From positions 34,286,001 through 34,350,000 of the forward strand of contig CM060732.1 of the NCBI GenBank assembly GCA_030704615.1: DNA of 64,000 bases, in the 5' to 3' direction. The notes under the pieces were generated by a model. It was not told the origin of the DNA. It ran no database searches and worked only from the letters and a program-made list of their open reading frames with translations. Of the stretch, positions 11,932 to 24,100 are shown piece after piece. Origin of the DNA: Takakia lepidozioides. Its lineage: Eukaryota > Plantae > Bryophyta. Every line of letters starts with the position of its first letter. Positions within the stretch are counted from its first letter, which is position 1. A program made the position numbers and the translations under genes.

Positions 11932-14900
11932 GTTTGTTTTGCCCACCCCGGTCATATATACTGGGCCTAGCGACAAGTGTTCCATACTCCGTTCGTAACA
12001 CTGGTGCAGCCCGTGACTGCTCTTGCGGTTCAACATGCAAATCATGCTGCAGGGTTTGTCATGGATACCACTGTACCCCTTCAACTTATTTGCATTGACT
12101 CTTCCCAGCATTTCTTTGTTAATGGTTTGTAACATGGCTGTGTTGTTATCATACATCTTTTGTATGACATAAGGTCCTTTCCATGGTGATTTAAGCTTAG
12201 AAGCTTGAATCTTTCCTTTCTTCTGCAACCATAGAACCAAATCCCCCGTCTTAAAAGTCTTTAACTTGCCTTCATCAAACTGTTCCTTTCTCTTCATCTG
12301 AATTCTGGTCATATTATCAGCTGCATCAGCACGTACTTCTTCCACATGGTATAATTCATGTTTCCTGACCTTGATGGAGTCTTGCAATTCCATTCTTTTT
12401 CCCCACTCCGTTCTCATGGTAGGTAACAGGAATTCCACTGGAAGTAAGGCTTCCATTCCATAAACTAATTGGAATGGTGTATACTTGTGTGGTGACTTTA
12501 TACGAAGTCCTGTATGACCATAAAGCTGTCAGCAGCTTTGTATCCCAATCCTTCTGTTTGCATTGACTATCTTAGCCAGATAGTACATAGTATTTTGTTG
12601 GTAGCCTCTGCCTGTCCATTACCCTGTGGGTAATATGTTGTACTCTTTCTATGCACAATCATAAACTCTTTAGTCCAATAACTCAATGGTCTCATTCATG
12701 AAGTGACTTCCTTGATCACTGATAAATTCTAAGGGACATCCAAATCGTGTAAAGTATGTTCTCGTACAGGAACCTTGCTGTGGACTTGGCTGTGTTGTCC
12801 CTCAAAGCTTTAGCTTCCACCCACTTTGTAGTATAATCAGTGGCTGTAATTATGTACCTGTTTTGTGTATTCTTGGATGGTGGATTAATTGGTCCAACAA
12901 AGTCTAGTCCCCATTTCTGAAATGGTTCCGTAGGCATTGTAGGATGCAAGGCCATTCTTCCAGATCTCTGCAAAGGTCCTAGCCTCTGACATTCATCACA
13001 CTTCTGACAATACTCATGTACATCTTTGAACAACGTAGGCCACCAGTATCCTGCGAGTAGTATCTTTCTACTGGTAGTCTCTTCTCCAAAATGACCTCCA
13101 GCCACTCCTTTATGAACTTCCTCCAAGACTTTATTTACTTCATGGTGGTACAAGCATCGTTTTAGTACCCATCAGGTCCTAACTTATACATTCTGCTTCC
13201 TACCATAGTATAAGGTAAAGCTTTGATAGCGATTCTCTTCCTCTGCTCCTTACCATAACTAGGTGGGCACTGACCATGAGCAAGGTAGTATCTGATTGGC
13301 CACTGCCAATCTAACCATTCATCTGCACTTCCTTGCACCTCCATTACAAATAAACTCGCATCAGGTAACTGATCGTCCACTCCTGTGGCGGCCTCTCCTG
13401 TTGTTAGTCGTGACAAATGATCTGCCACAAGATGCAAACGGCCAGGCTTGTAAATAACCTCGAACTCAAACTCATGCAAGATTATTAACCACCTCGCTAT
13501 CCTTCCACTTATCAAAGGTTTGTTCACCAGATATATCAGAGCCTGGTGATCCACATAAAACATAAACTTTCTTCCCAATAGGTAATGCCTGAATTTCTTC
13601 ACTGCATAGATCATTGCCAATGCTTCTCTTTCCGTTGTGCTATAGTTCCTCTCAGCACTGTTCATCAACCGGCTAGCATAGTACACAGGTGAATCTATAT
13701 TCCCTGTAACATTCTGGGCTAACACCGCTCCCAACGCTTCTCCTGATGCATCGCAGTGAACATGAAATACTACATGCCAGTGAGGGTTAATCAGCACAGG
13801 TGTAGTTGTTACTGACAGTGTAAGTTCCTCAAACGCCTGTTGACATTCAGCTGTCCATGCAAACACTGCATCTTTCTTCAGAAGCTTGCTCAATGGTGCT
13901 GCTATTTGTGCATACCTTTTGACAAATCTTCTGTAATAACTGGTTTGCCCAAGGAATCTCCTTAAACTCTTAACATTCACTGGTGGTGGAGAGACTTTAA
14001 TGGACTCTGTCTTCCTGGGATCCACAAGGAGTCCCTTCTTACACACAATATGTCCCAGAAGCACCCCTGAGTTCACACAGAAAGTACACTTCTCTGGATT
14101 CAAGCCCAGACCTCTCATCCTGCATCTGGCCAGGCATAACTCCAATTTATGCAAGTGCTCATTCTTAGAGCTGTACACACTGAAATCATCCAAACACCTG
14201 CATGAAATCATCCAGATACTCTTGAAAAGATTCACTTATCACTCTCTGAAAGGTCGCTGGTGCATTACAAAGTCCAAAGGGCATGACTTTGTATGCATAA
14301 GCCCCCCAGTCTGTGATGAAAGCTGTTTTCCCTTGGTCTTCTTCTGCCACTTGCACTTGATTATAACCACTGAAGCCATCCATGAATGAGTACATCTCAT
14401 GGCCTGCCACAGTGTCTAATACTGCTTCTGTGAATGGCAAAGGGAAAGGATCTTTCTTCGTACAAGCATTCAGCTTCTTATAGTTCACACATACTCTTAG
14501 TTTGCCATCTTCTTGGGAACTATAACAATGGGTGACAACCAAGTTGTATACTCTATTGGGTATATAAACTTAGCCTCAGCCAACTTCTTTATCTCTTCTC
14601 CAACCTTCTGTGCGTAGTTGGGATTCATTCTATACCTCGCCTGCTTGATTGGTACTGACCCTGGTTCCAGTTCAATTTTATGCTGACAGACTTCAGGTGG
14701 TATCCCTTTTAGATCCTCATAGCTCCAAGCAAATACATCTCTGTATTTGATGAACAAGCTTTTAGCTTCTTCGAAGAACTCTGGCTCCAAATCAGCTCCT
14801 ACTTTCACCATTCTCGGTTCCTCCTGAGTTCCCACATTTACTTCTCTCACCTGCTCATCAGCTGTGATTGTCCAACCAGTCACCACTTCATCCTTTAAGC

Positions 14901-17275
14901 TCACAGTGGCTGGTTCTTCTAGGATTTCTATCTCTCCCTCCTTTTCTTCATAGAAATGTGGTGGGTAACAGTTGGTTTCCTCTTCAATTGGTGTTGCTGT
15001 CACTACACCACAGCAGATACCTCTCAAACAACTTAGGCTTTCCAGCCGCATCTCTGCAACCTGCTCCCATTCTGGGTGTGCAGCAAATAGGGTAGCTTCC
15101 TGCTCCTCATCCAGTCCTCCCCTCCAGTCATACTCTCTGACTCCTCGAGGTCTTCTTGTAGCAGGTAATCTACTAGATTTCTTTGTGGTAATTTGTATCT
15201 CGTGCATCCCATTATGCACAGTTAGTAACTGAGAATTCCAGTCATGGAATACCCTGGCCTGTTTCAGCCACGGACGTCCCAATAATAAGGAGTAAGCCTC
15301 CATGACTTCATCCATTTTTAATACAGTTACTGTGATCATAAAGATCATTTTCTGTATCTGTATCTTAACTCCTCTTATTAATCCCAATGGCTGTACACTT
15401 CTTTGATCTGCCATTGTTACTGTAAATGGGGCTGGTTTCATGTTACTTAGACCAAGCTTCTTCCTTAATTGGTCTGTCATGATATTTACTCCAGAACCAC
15501 CATCTATCAGTACATCAGTTAGTTCTGTGCTTCCAATTCTCAATTGGATTACTGGCATAGAATCATCAAAGTCCATGACTGGTTCTCGCCCTTCCGGCTT
15601 CACATTATAACTGGTCACCTTGCTGTTCAGGTCTGTGTTTCCTGTCTCTTGGGCAATTCGATTGATTGCCTGATACAGCCTGTGCCTACAATAAGGTGCC
15701 ACAGCTAATAGCTGTCCAATGGTAATTTCTGCTTTGGTCTGACATATTACTTCAGCCAAAGTCTCTTCATTACTTTGCATGTCTGCATCTTCTTTTTTCC
15801 TTTCTTCCTCACTCCCCTCTTTTTCTCCATCCGAATCAGAGGAATCTGCCACAGGAATATCCGTACTCTTTTGCATTTCCCTTATAGTATCTGCCACTTC
15901 CTTGTGCAGTTCCTTCTCATCTTTCCAAGTCTCTTCATCTTCAGGCATATCATTGCCACTTCCAGTCTCATCTTCTTCCTCTTCTACTGGAGGTATTAGT
16001 TTGGCTTTACTTCTTGTTACTATCATTGTACTTACTTCTGGTACAACACATGGCCTAACCATGTGAGCTGCCACCACTGGGCCCTCATTCACAGGAGCTC
16101 TCATCTCATTCTGGTGTCTTATCCAGAATGAACAGGCTGCCTTGCGATGTCCTGGCTGATTACAATAGTAACATAGCTCTTCACCATTGGGTCCTCGCCC
16201 TTGGTCTGGTCTTGGATTATTTCTATAATCCTGATTCCCGGGCTGGTAATTCCCCCTTGGATTACCCTGATAGTTGCCTCTGGAATTTCCTTGGTATTCC
16301 CTCTTGAATTACCTCTCCCTTCCATGCCATTGTTATAACCACCAGACCTACCATAGTGGTCCTGATCATTGTTTCTTCTTGGCTGGGGCTGCACCTGATG
16401 CACCCTTACTTGCCTAGGTTCTCTTGCAGCTGTCCTTCTGTTGTAGTAACAATTCTCAGTAGAATGGTTATCCATTTTACAGATAGTACAGTGTTTCTCC
16501 TTCATGTGGCATTCTGTAGTGGTATGGCCTTCATTCTGGCACTTTGCACACCATACACCCTTCCTCCAATGTGTTGCAGCCTCTGTGGCATACTTCTTCA
16601 AGATTTCTTCCAATCTTTTCTCATAGTTATCCCTCTTCAACTTTTCCTTTCTCTTACTCTTTCTTTTTAGTTCTTGCTCTTCTTCTTCATCTGACTCATC
16701 TTCAGAGTCCTCATCTTCCTTTTTCTCTCTCCTGAGCATTCCCAATTGCTCAATTCTGTTTGCAGTTTCAAATGCCTCCTCCACTGTATTATGGGTAACA
16801 TATCCACTTTCTTCTGCAACTCTGGTCTTAGTCCACTCACAAACCAAGTCTTCTGTAAACCGGGTGCTGGTACTGCAGCCAGCTTTTTCATCATCAATTC
16901 CATCTTCTCCATATACTCTTCAACAGTTTCATGCTTCTTCTGCTTCAGCTGTTGTAAACTTCCATACACTTCATCCTCAGTTTTACTTGTCCTGAACCTA
17001 TTTCGAAATGTTGTATTCAAGCCATTCCAGGTTAGGAAATGATTATCAGGGAATCTTGCATACCATTCACTTGCTTTCTTGATAAGTGAACAAGGAAACA
17101 GTCTCATCTTGGCATCATCGCCATTCTCATTGTTCACTATACACATGTGCTCAAATTGGCTAATGTGTACATCGGGATCCCCTTTTCCTGAATATATTGG
17201 AAAGGGTGGTTTTGCCCGTGTTGGTTGTAACGCCATCTGTGGCCCTACCTTCTGCCCACTGACAGGTGCTGGCAC
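11809..17275 (-). mobile_element. gag-pol of the gypsy element, split by frameshifts
   Basis: Gag DPDVHISQF..LFPCSL (16667..17275); CCHC knuckles CAKCQNEGHTTTEC and CTICKMDNHSTENC; protease LIDGGSGVN; RT KDPFPLP, MDGFSGYNQ, MPFGLCNAP, LDDF; RH CDASG..TEREALA; [21 protein letters not shown], and WKGPY. Confidence 0.95.
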
Positions 17276-17372
17276 CCTTGCTGGTGCTGGTCCTTCTGGA
17301 CCTGTTGTTTTTGTGTGGATCTTCCACCAAGTGGTGGCCCTTGAGCACTCCCTGCTTCTGGCCCCACGATAT

Positions 17373-18065
17373 TCACAGTATTCCCAGCTTCAGTTGCACT
17401 ACTTCCCACACTCCCTGTCCCCCAGAGCCAGATCCAGGCAGCCCGCCTGATCCCCCTGAGCCGACACCTTCGTTGGCCTGTGATCCAAGTGCTCCACTTG
17501 ATCCAGGTCCAACGGGTTGGGATGTCCTGGTTGTAGTCTCAACCTCAGCTGTTGGGTCTACTTCTTCATATTCTTCCTCTTCTAATTTCTTCTCTCTGTT
17601 TTCATCCTCCAAGTTCTGCCCTTGGGTTTCTTCTTCACTCATGTAACTCAACTGTAATGGTGTTGGAGAGTCTGAACTCTCCGTTGGCTCTGCCACATCC
17701 TCATCTCCTTCTTCATCTTCTGCTTCAGAAACTGGAGTTCCTGCTTTTGGTGTTCCATGCCAACTCTTATCAAAGATTTCTGTCAAGTCTTTTATCCAAG
17801 GATGTACCTCAGATCTTTCACCTCGTGATTGATCTTCTTCCTGTACCAATTCCCTTAATCTTTCTTGCAAAGAAACAGAAGGAGTGGCATCCAACTCTAG
17901 TTCTTCCGGTATAGGTGATGCACTTTTTGATCTTGATGGTGTGAGAGGTCCAGATGATTCCCCTATGTCTATTCCTCTCTCCCAAAGATATGGATAATTA
18001 GCTTTCAGATAGCTTTCTCTTTTTGATGAATATCTTTGTCGTCTAGCTTCTCTTTCATCACTCAT
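17373..18065 (-). CDS. Acidic/Gly-rich ORF upstream of gag (probably frameshifted gag N-terminus)
   Basis: 230-aa ORF starting at ATG, low complexity, ending just before the gag core. Confidence 0.5.
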   Translation of the reverse strand: MSDEREARRQRYSSKRESYLKANYPYLWERGIDIGESSGPLTPSRSKSASPIPEELELDATPSVSLQERLRELVQEEDQSRGERSEVHPWIKDLTEIFDKSWHGTPKAGTPVSEAEDEEGDEDVAEPTESSDSPTPLQLSYMSEEETQGQNLEDENREKKLEEEEYEEVDPTAEVETTTRTSQPVGPGSSGALGSQANEGVGSGGSGGLPGSGSGGQGVWEVVQLKLGIL

Positions 18066-18086
18066 GTCCCATGTCTTTCATTTCTT

Positions 18087-18782
18087 TTAATGTGGCAATA
18101 ACCAAAACTCTCTTCTGTAATATCTCTCGTATATGCCTGGATTTCTTTCAAGCTTCAATGCACCCTTGGCTATACTTGAAGTCTCCGTTACCATATAACC
18201 ATATGGCAAACAAGTCTGAAAAGCTGTTCTTGGTGTGAGTTTGATCCACAAAATATCCTTTGGAATCCAATTCTTTACCAGTACAAGCTCTTCATGCATA
18301 TGAGTATAAACATTCACCTTTCTTTCTTCCCAGCCTTCAAACTCTACTCGTTTAATGGATAGCAACGCTATCACATAAACTAATGTTGGTAACCAACGTG
18401 CTCTTCCTCTACAGGCTACCTGATAAATCTTTATCACTCCTTTCTCCAGACCCCATTCTGGATCAGCATCATGCACTCGTTTAAGAATATTTTCTTTACA
18501 TCCGTCTGGCAATTCCAAGAACCTTTGAAAGAATTGTTTGGACAATCTTTCTTCCTTCGTTCCACAGGGAATTTGATTCACTTCAAACTCTTTAATGGTC
18601 CAACCACCATGATCCCACCAGATGCCTGTCACATCTGGTTGTTCATGTCCCAGGTCCCCAGTATGGTCGCCAAATGTCGCGCGGCTTTTACTCACCCATC
18701 CCTTCGCTATCCGAGGCGGAAACTCCAAGATAGAAGAGTTGGAAATCTCTAAGTACTCAGCCCGCGCAGAACAATCAGTCAT
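18087..18782 (-). CDS. Extra 5' ORF of unknown function, starting in the LTR and crossing the PBS
   Basis: 231 uninterrupted codons with globular, Trp-rich composition; ATG lies within the 5' LTR. Confidence 0.5.
   Translation of the reverse strand: MTDCSARAEYLEISNSSILEFPPRIAKGWVSKSRATFGDHTGDLGHEQPDVTGIWWDHGGWTIKEFEVNQIPCGTKEERLSKQFFQRFLELPDGCKENILKRVHDADPEWGLEKGVIKIYQVACRGRARWLPTLVYVIALLSIKRVEFEGWEERKVNVYTHMHEELVLVKNWIPKDILWIKLTPRTAFQTCLPYGYMVTETSSIAKGALKLERNPGIYERYYRREFWLLPH
18657..18672 (-). other. Primer binding site, tRNA-Arg-like
   Basis: TGGCGACCATACTGGG two bases after the 5' LTR end; resembles the complement of a tRNA-Arg 3' end (from memory). Confidence 0.7.
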
Positions 18783-19893
18783 GACCTACAGCTAGTGTAT
18801 CATGGGGTGTTTCCTATTTGTTTCCTTTTCCGCATTCATCTTAGCTACCTTACCATTGATAATTAAGTATCAGTTTGCTTCATCAATTTATCGGTTTCCT
18901 TCACTCCTCCATTCAATCCACAGCTTCACTCAGATCTCTCTACATAGTGTGATTGTATCGTATAAGTATCAGATTATGATTTATCAGGTATCAGGCGAAG
19001 CCATTGTGTCTCTATTCTCCTCTAAATATCCCTACAGCTTTGCATATAACAAGCATCTACTAATCCTCTTTCCTCCTTCATCGTGCTCACCGACTTCCGC
19101 TCCCGCCTGACTCCGAAGTCCTCCCCGAATAATGATAATAATGATCTCCTCATCATTCCCCGTTCTTCCCTTTATCCTCCTATCCGCGGTTCTAACCGTT
19201 TCCCTCTCTAACCGTCGTATGTGAACTAACATGTTCCCTTCACTGGTGTTGTTCCCCACAGTCGTTCCCTGTCCTACTCTTCGTTCCCTATTATCGTGAC
19301 AGCTGTGTCAAGCGGTGACTGGCTGTGTTGGCTGTGTCGGGCTGTGACTGGCTGTGTGGCTGTGCCGGGCTGTGACTGGCTGCTGTGTGGGCTGTGTCTG
19401 CTGTGACGACTGTGACGGGCTGTGTGGGCTGTGTGGGCTGTGACGACTGTGACGGGCTGTGTTGGCTGTGTGGGCTGTGACGGCTGTGTGGGCTGTGACG
19501 ACTGTGTCGGGCTGTGGTTGGCTGTGTGGGCTGTGACTGCTGTGTCGCTGTGTGGGCTGTGACGACTGTGACGGCTGTGTGGCTGTGACGACTGTGACGG
19601 GCTGTGGTTGGCTGTGTGGGCTGTGACGACTGTGTCGGGCTGTGTTGGCTGTGTGGCTGTGACTGCTGTGTCGGCTGTGTGGGCTGTGAGGACTGTGACG
19701 GGCTGTGTTGGCTGTGTGGGCTGTGACGGCTGTGTGGGCTGTGACTGCTGTGTCGGCTGTGTGGGCTATGTAACCCCCCTCTACAGTGCGCTGCTGTCAC
19801 CCCTAAGGTTCCTGTTTGTCTCAGTCTGTGCAAAAATTAAGGGTACCCTACAGATCCCGTATCAGTGTCTAAGTCCCCTACAGTCCTCTAACA
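18675..19893 (-). repeat. 5' LTR (1219 bp) with GCTGTG array (~19295-19770)
   Basis: Direct repeat of 6235-7404, followed by TSD GTGGT. Confidence 0.95.
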
Positions 19894-21195
19894 GTGGTGG
19901 CTAGTGGCAGCCTAGTGGTGGAATAGTGGATTTGGAATTTCACTTATGTCATCATCGGACGAATCCGAAAGCTCAACGATTGGAGTGGAGGACGTCTGTT
20001 CTTTTTCACCACCACCTCCCTCTTGTCTTCAACGACTAAAACAGCAGTCCCGGGCGTCACATATGATCCAAGGGACTTTCGCCGAGGCTCTCCACAAGTA
20101 CTCTGTATCAACCAGGGCGCACTCTCCACTGGCTAACATGAGCCGTCTCAACATGGAAAGAGTATTCAACAACTTCCCTTTCAAATCGTACACCTCTTTC
20201 TCCAAAAAGATGGAGCCATTCTGAAGCTGAAAGCGGTAGCCAAGACATGTTCCAGAACAATTGCAAATCCATTGTCAAGGACTTCTTGGAGAACGGCACT
20301 GGTTTGTCGTCAGAGAAGAACTCCGCTTCAGAGGAAGTCATCTTCCCTCCTCGCGTACATAGATGTCTTGCTATCGCAGACCTTCAGTGTAAATCTGTTG
20401 ACTGAGGTCTCCAGAACACTGTTGAAGAATGAGCAGAGAATATCGCGGAGGAAGCTCACACGACGACTGTGCATATTCTGGTATTCCTTCCAGACATGCA
20501 GCCGTCCATTTTAATTACTTTTTTTGTGGCCCTATGGTCAGAGTATCCTTAGGAGCAATTTCGGTAGCTGTTAAACCTTTATTCAGAACCTCATCAATAA
20601 ACACAATAACAAGCCGACTTCTTGGAAGCATGCCACATGATCTGAGGGTGGGATAGCAGATTAAGTAAATGCATCTTTATACTACTACCAATGATCATGC
20701 GCACCTGGAAAGTTCAAACTGTGAAACGAACGTGGGGTTGGCTAACAAGGACAAATGTATATGATATCCCAAAATTTGTCATCAAACACTCGTTCATTTA
20801 CATATATTTGTCTAAGATTGTACGCTAAGATGTCTGAGATTCGCTGTTATTTTCAATTATTGAAACCGTTCTAATAAACAACGCGTCGTTTATTTGGGCA
20901 ACACACGTCAGACATCGATAACTATATTGAATACGAAGAGCTGTACACTAATTGCTGGCAGGTGCACTAATAAGGGAATGACTATGTGTAACGGTCACGC
21001 GAGAGGGAATCTGATGCTTATAGAGACAAACCACAACGCACGCAATCCCACAAGAAATCGAGAGTCACTTTGTCTTTCTAGTTTTCGCACTTAGAAGGAG
21101 AGTGGTAGTCAAGCTGGAGAGGGTTCCTTCTACAATACGAAAGAGAAAGAAGTCTCTTTATTTTACTTCCCTTAGAGAGAGACGCAGAGCAACAA

Positions 21196-24100
21196 ATGAC
21201 GAGGCGTCATTTGTTGGAGAACACAGGGCCAAGGCAGCAGGTGAACGCGGAGACTAAATCACAAGAGCAGACCGAGAATGAGGCTGCGGCTGTGACACAG
21301 TTGGCGATAACAGTGAGCGTTGGAAACCAGCCTGTGGATGTAGAAATGATTCGCAGGAAAACTGAAGGAGGGGGAAGTCCGGGGAATGCTGAACCGGGAG
21401 AAGGTCCACAAACCCTAGAGCAAACAGAAATTCCAGTAGATGTGAGAGGAAAGAGGAAAGGTGCAGAAGGGGATCCAATTTCAAAACCTAAGAAGGCGCC
21501 CGTAAGTGTTCTCTAACTTCCATTTCATGGTTGAAGATCTGCTAAGAGATTGAGTGCAATGTCCTAGAAAGGGATTGTCGCTACCGACCATCACCATGAA
21601 ACAATGGTGATTTGTTTTGTATTCCTCTGTTAAGGGTTTTCCACACAATGAGTGGATGACTGACGGTACCGTCATTCACTGTTGTTCAGATCATACAGTC
21701 TGTCTGATTGCTTTTTAAGCAGTCCTTCCTCTTCCCTTCTTTAGCAGGAACCTGTGATTGAGGTCTAGTGAAGTGCGAGCGTCGTTAACGCCATTTGATT
21801 CTCCTCATGAGATTTATGTACCTATATGCTTGAAGAGAGAGTGAGGGTCGGCATATGCAGTCATATTGTTTTGCAATGCATTTTCTTTGTTTGAGGTTGA
21901 ACAGATAGAGAAGTGGAAAGGCGGTACCACCAATCAAAGATTTGGAGACCATACTGTAGATTCAGGTAGAGTATCGATTGGAAAGTATTCTCGACATAGA
22001 CAAGAAACAGTGATTGCTTGCGACGTTCATCACAATGGAGTCTATGTGAATTATCTGCACTTACTGTCTGCCCTAAACTATACTGAGTGTTGTTGCCGCC
22101 AATCACATATATGTCATTGCACCATACCGATCGGGCACGTCCCACTGTTTTGTGATTGTCGTTAACGCCGTTCGCTAATGCTCAAAACCTTTTTGTTCCT
22201 GTTTCCCTAGAATCATAGTTTTTTGTTTTGCATTCGTTTGGATCAACTTTGCTTGTGTAGATGGTTCTGAATTTGTTTGACACCATTCATTGTGAGTTGA
22301 GATGAGACAGAGTGATGGTCGTTACCGCCATTCACTATTTGCACATTACTCATAGTCAGATTTGAATGGCATCGTGCAGAAAACTGTGAAGTCCAAGCAG
22401 ACAGGAACAGAGGGAAAATGATATGGAGATGGGGACGAGTCTGGCAAAAGCTCACAGAATAGCGATGAAGCAGATGAATCTGAAGTGCACTACCTTGACA
22501 AGGTGAAAGAACTCATGTCATTCCAGAAGGTAAACTCTCAGGAGGTTATAAGGGACATGCTCGTCTCTGGAGGGCGTCTGGACATCCCACTATGCCGGAT
22601 GATATCTATGTCTGTTGTGCGTCCACCTCTTTCCCATGACATAATAGAATTGGAGAGTGATTTTGTGCATGGATACAGACTTGGCGCACAAGTTTTTTAT
22701 GTGTCACTGACGGATACAAATAGAAAAAACACATTAGTGTCTCCTGAGATCAGAGATACCTGGGATGAGTGCTGGAAGGATGCTAATGAGGAGTTCGAGC
22801 TGGGCCTCATGATGGGAAAAATACCCAGCAATTCTGCAACCACATGTTCTACGTCTGGGACGACAACCACCGATTGCTGGCATGGATGGGATACATTCAG
22901 AAACATCATGCGAAAGACAAAGACAAGCATGTTGTTGTGGAGGCAATGGTTTTGGATCCTGGAAACGACATTGCTAGGCTTCTTACAGCTATGCACGACG
23001 TGAACAAGTAAGTCATCCTAGAGACTCCAATCCCTCTGCAGTGTCTTGTTAATCCCACAAAAAAACAGTGTTAACGAATACATTGTTTCAAATGTTTTTG
23101 CAGATCGACAGAGAAATCGCATGTGACAACAAACTTGGTTCACACACTGTTCCGAATTCAGAGGATTGGTCTGATGAAGTTGGATGATTTTCGCACATAA
23201 CTCCACCCCAATATAATCAAGAAGTGCGAAACAGGAAGAGCTGCAGGCACTTGGTATTCTTTGACTCGAGAGGCGTTTCTGGAGTACATGTATGCGATAA
23301 GGCCGAGCCTGTACTCAGATGTCTTTCTGAATACATGTTTGTATTTCGTTCGGTATCTTTATTTTAATCAATGCAGCAAGAATTGGCAGAGGCAGCTGAG
23401 AAGGGAAAATCCGAATATTACCGCACAACACCAGAGGAACTTAGGACATCAAAGGGTGTGGAAGCACCAATAAAGAAGGAGTTTGAAATGCGCAGAAACT
23501 AACTGATGTCCGCCTTCGGAAAGCAGCTTAGAATAGTAGATCCTGGACTTGGTGCTGAGTTCCTTCAGCAGATCAAATCTCACTATGACAAGCATGTGCA
23601 TCTGGAGATGCAGCAGGAGAAATTGCACCGGCTGGCCATATCCATGGTCGACCCCCAAACGAAAATAAGATGGCTGGAGATTTGGAACTCAGATCAGACA
23701 GTGAAGGACTTGAATTAGTTCCCAAAGAGCACCATACAACCTGACACAAAGGTGGAAGGAATCAGTGATTTAGTGTTTGATAACTGGCTACACAAGGCTA
23801 TATTTTGGAGTCAGGTGTGTATTCAAATAAGCAGTTTTTTGCTTCAATTATGTGATGAATATCTTATTTGCAATATTGAGAAATATACAATTTACAGCTC
23901 GAAAAACGCGCCATCATTGTGCTGGAGCAGACTTTGAAGGACTTGAACATTTCGATTGTTTCCCCTCCCCAAATGTCATTGGAGGCATACATAAGGAAGT
24001 GGAGAGGTCTCACCTGGAGATACTGTTTTTTCCGGGAGTTCTCCAAGGATGGTAACATTTTACGGTCCAACGACTTTGACAGTCAGGTTGGGGGAGAGTG

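Larger units (their letters stand above)
6235..19893 (-). mobile_element. Full-length non-chromovirus Ty3/gypsy LTR retrotransposon (13.66 kb) with extra ORFs
   Basis: Two near-identical TG...CA LTRs, 5-bp TSD GTGGT (6230-6234 and 19894-19898), PBS, PPT, and gag-PR-RT-RH-INT order on the minus strand. Confidence 0.97.

Noticed and set aside
13162-14235. Tat/Ogre classification
   Set aside because: No additional archaeal-type RNase H seen between RH and integrase or after it.
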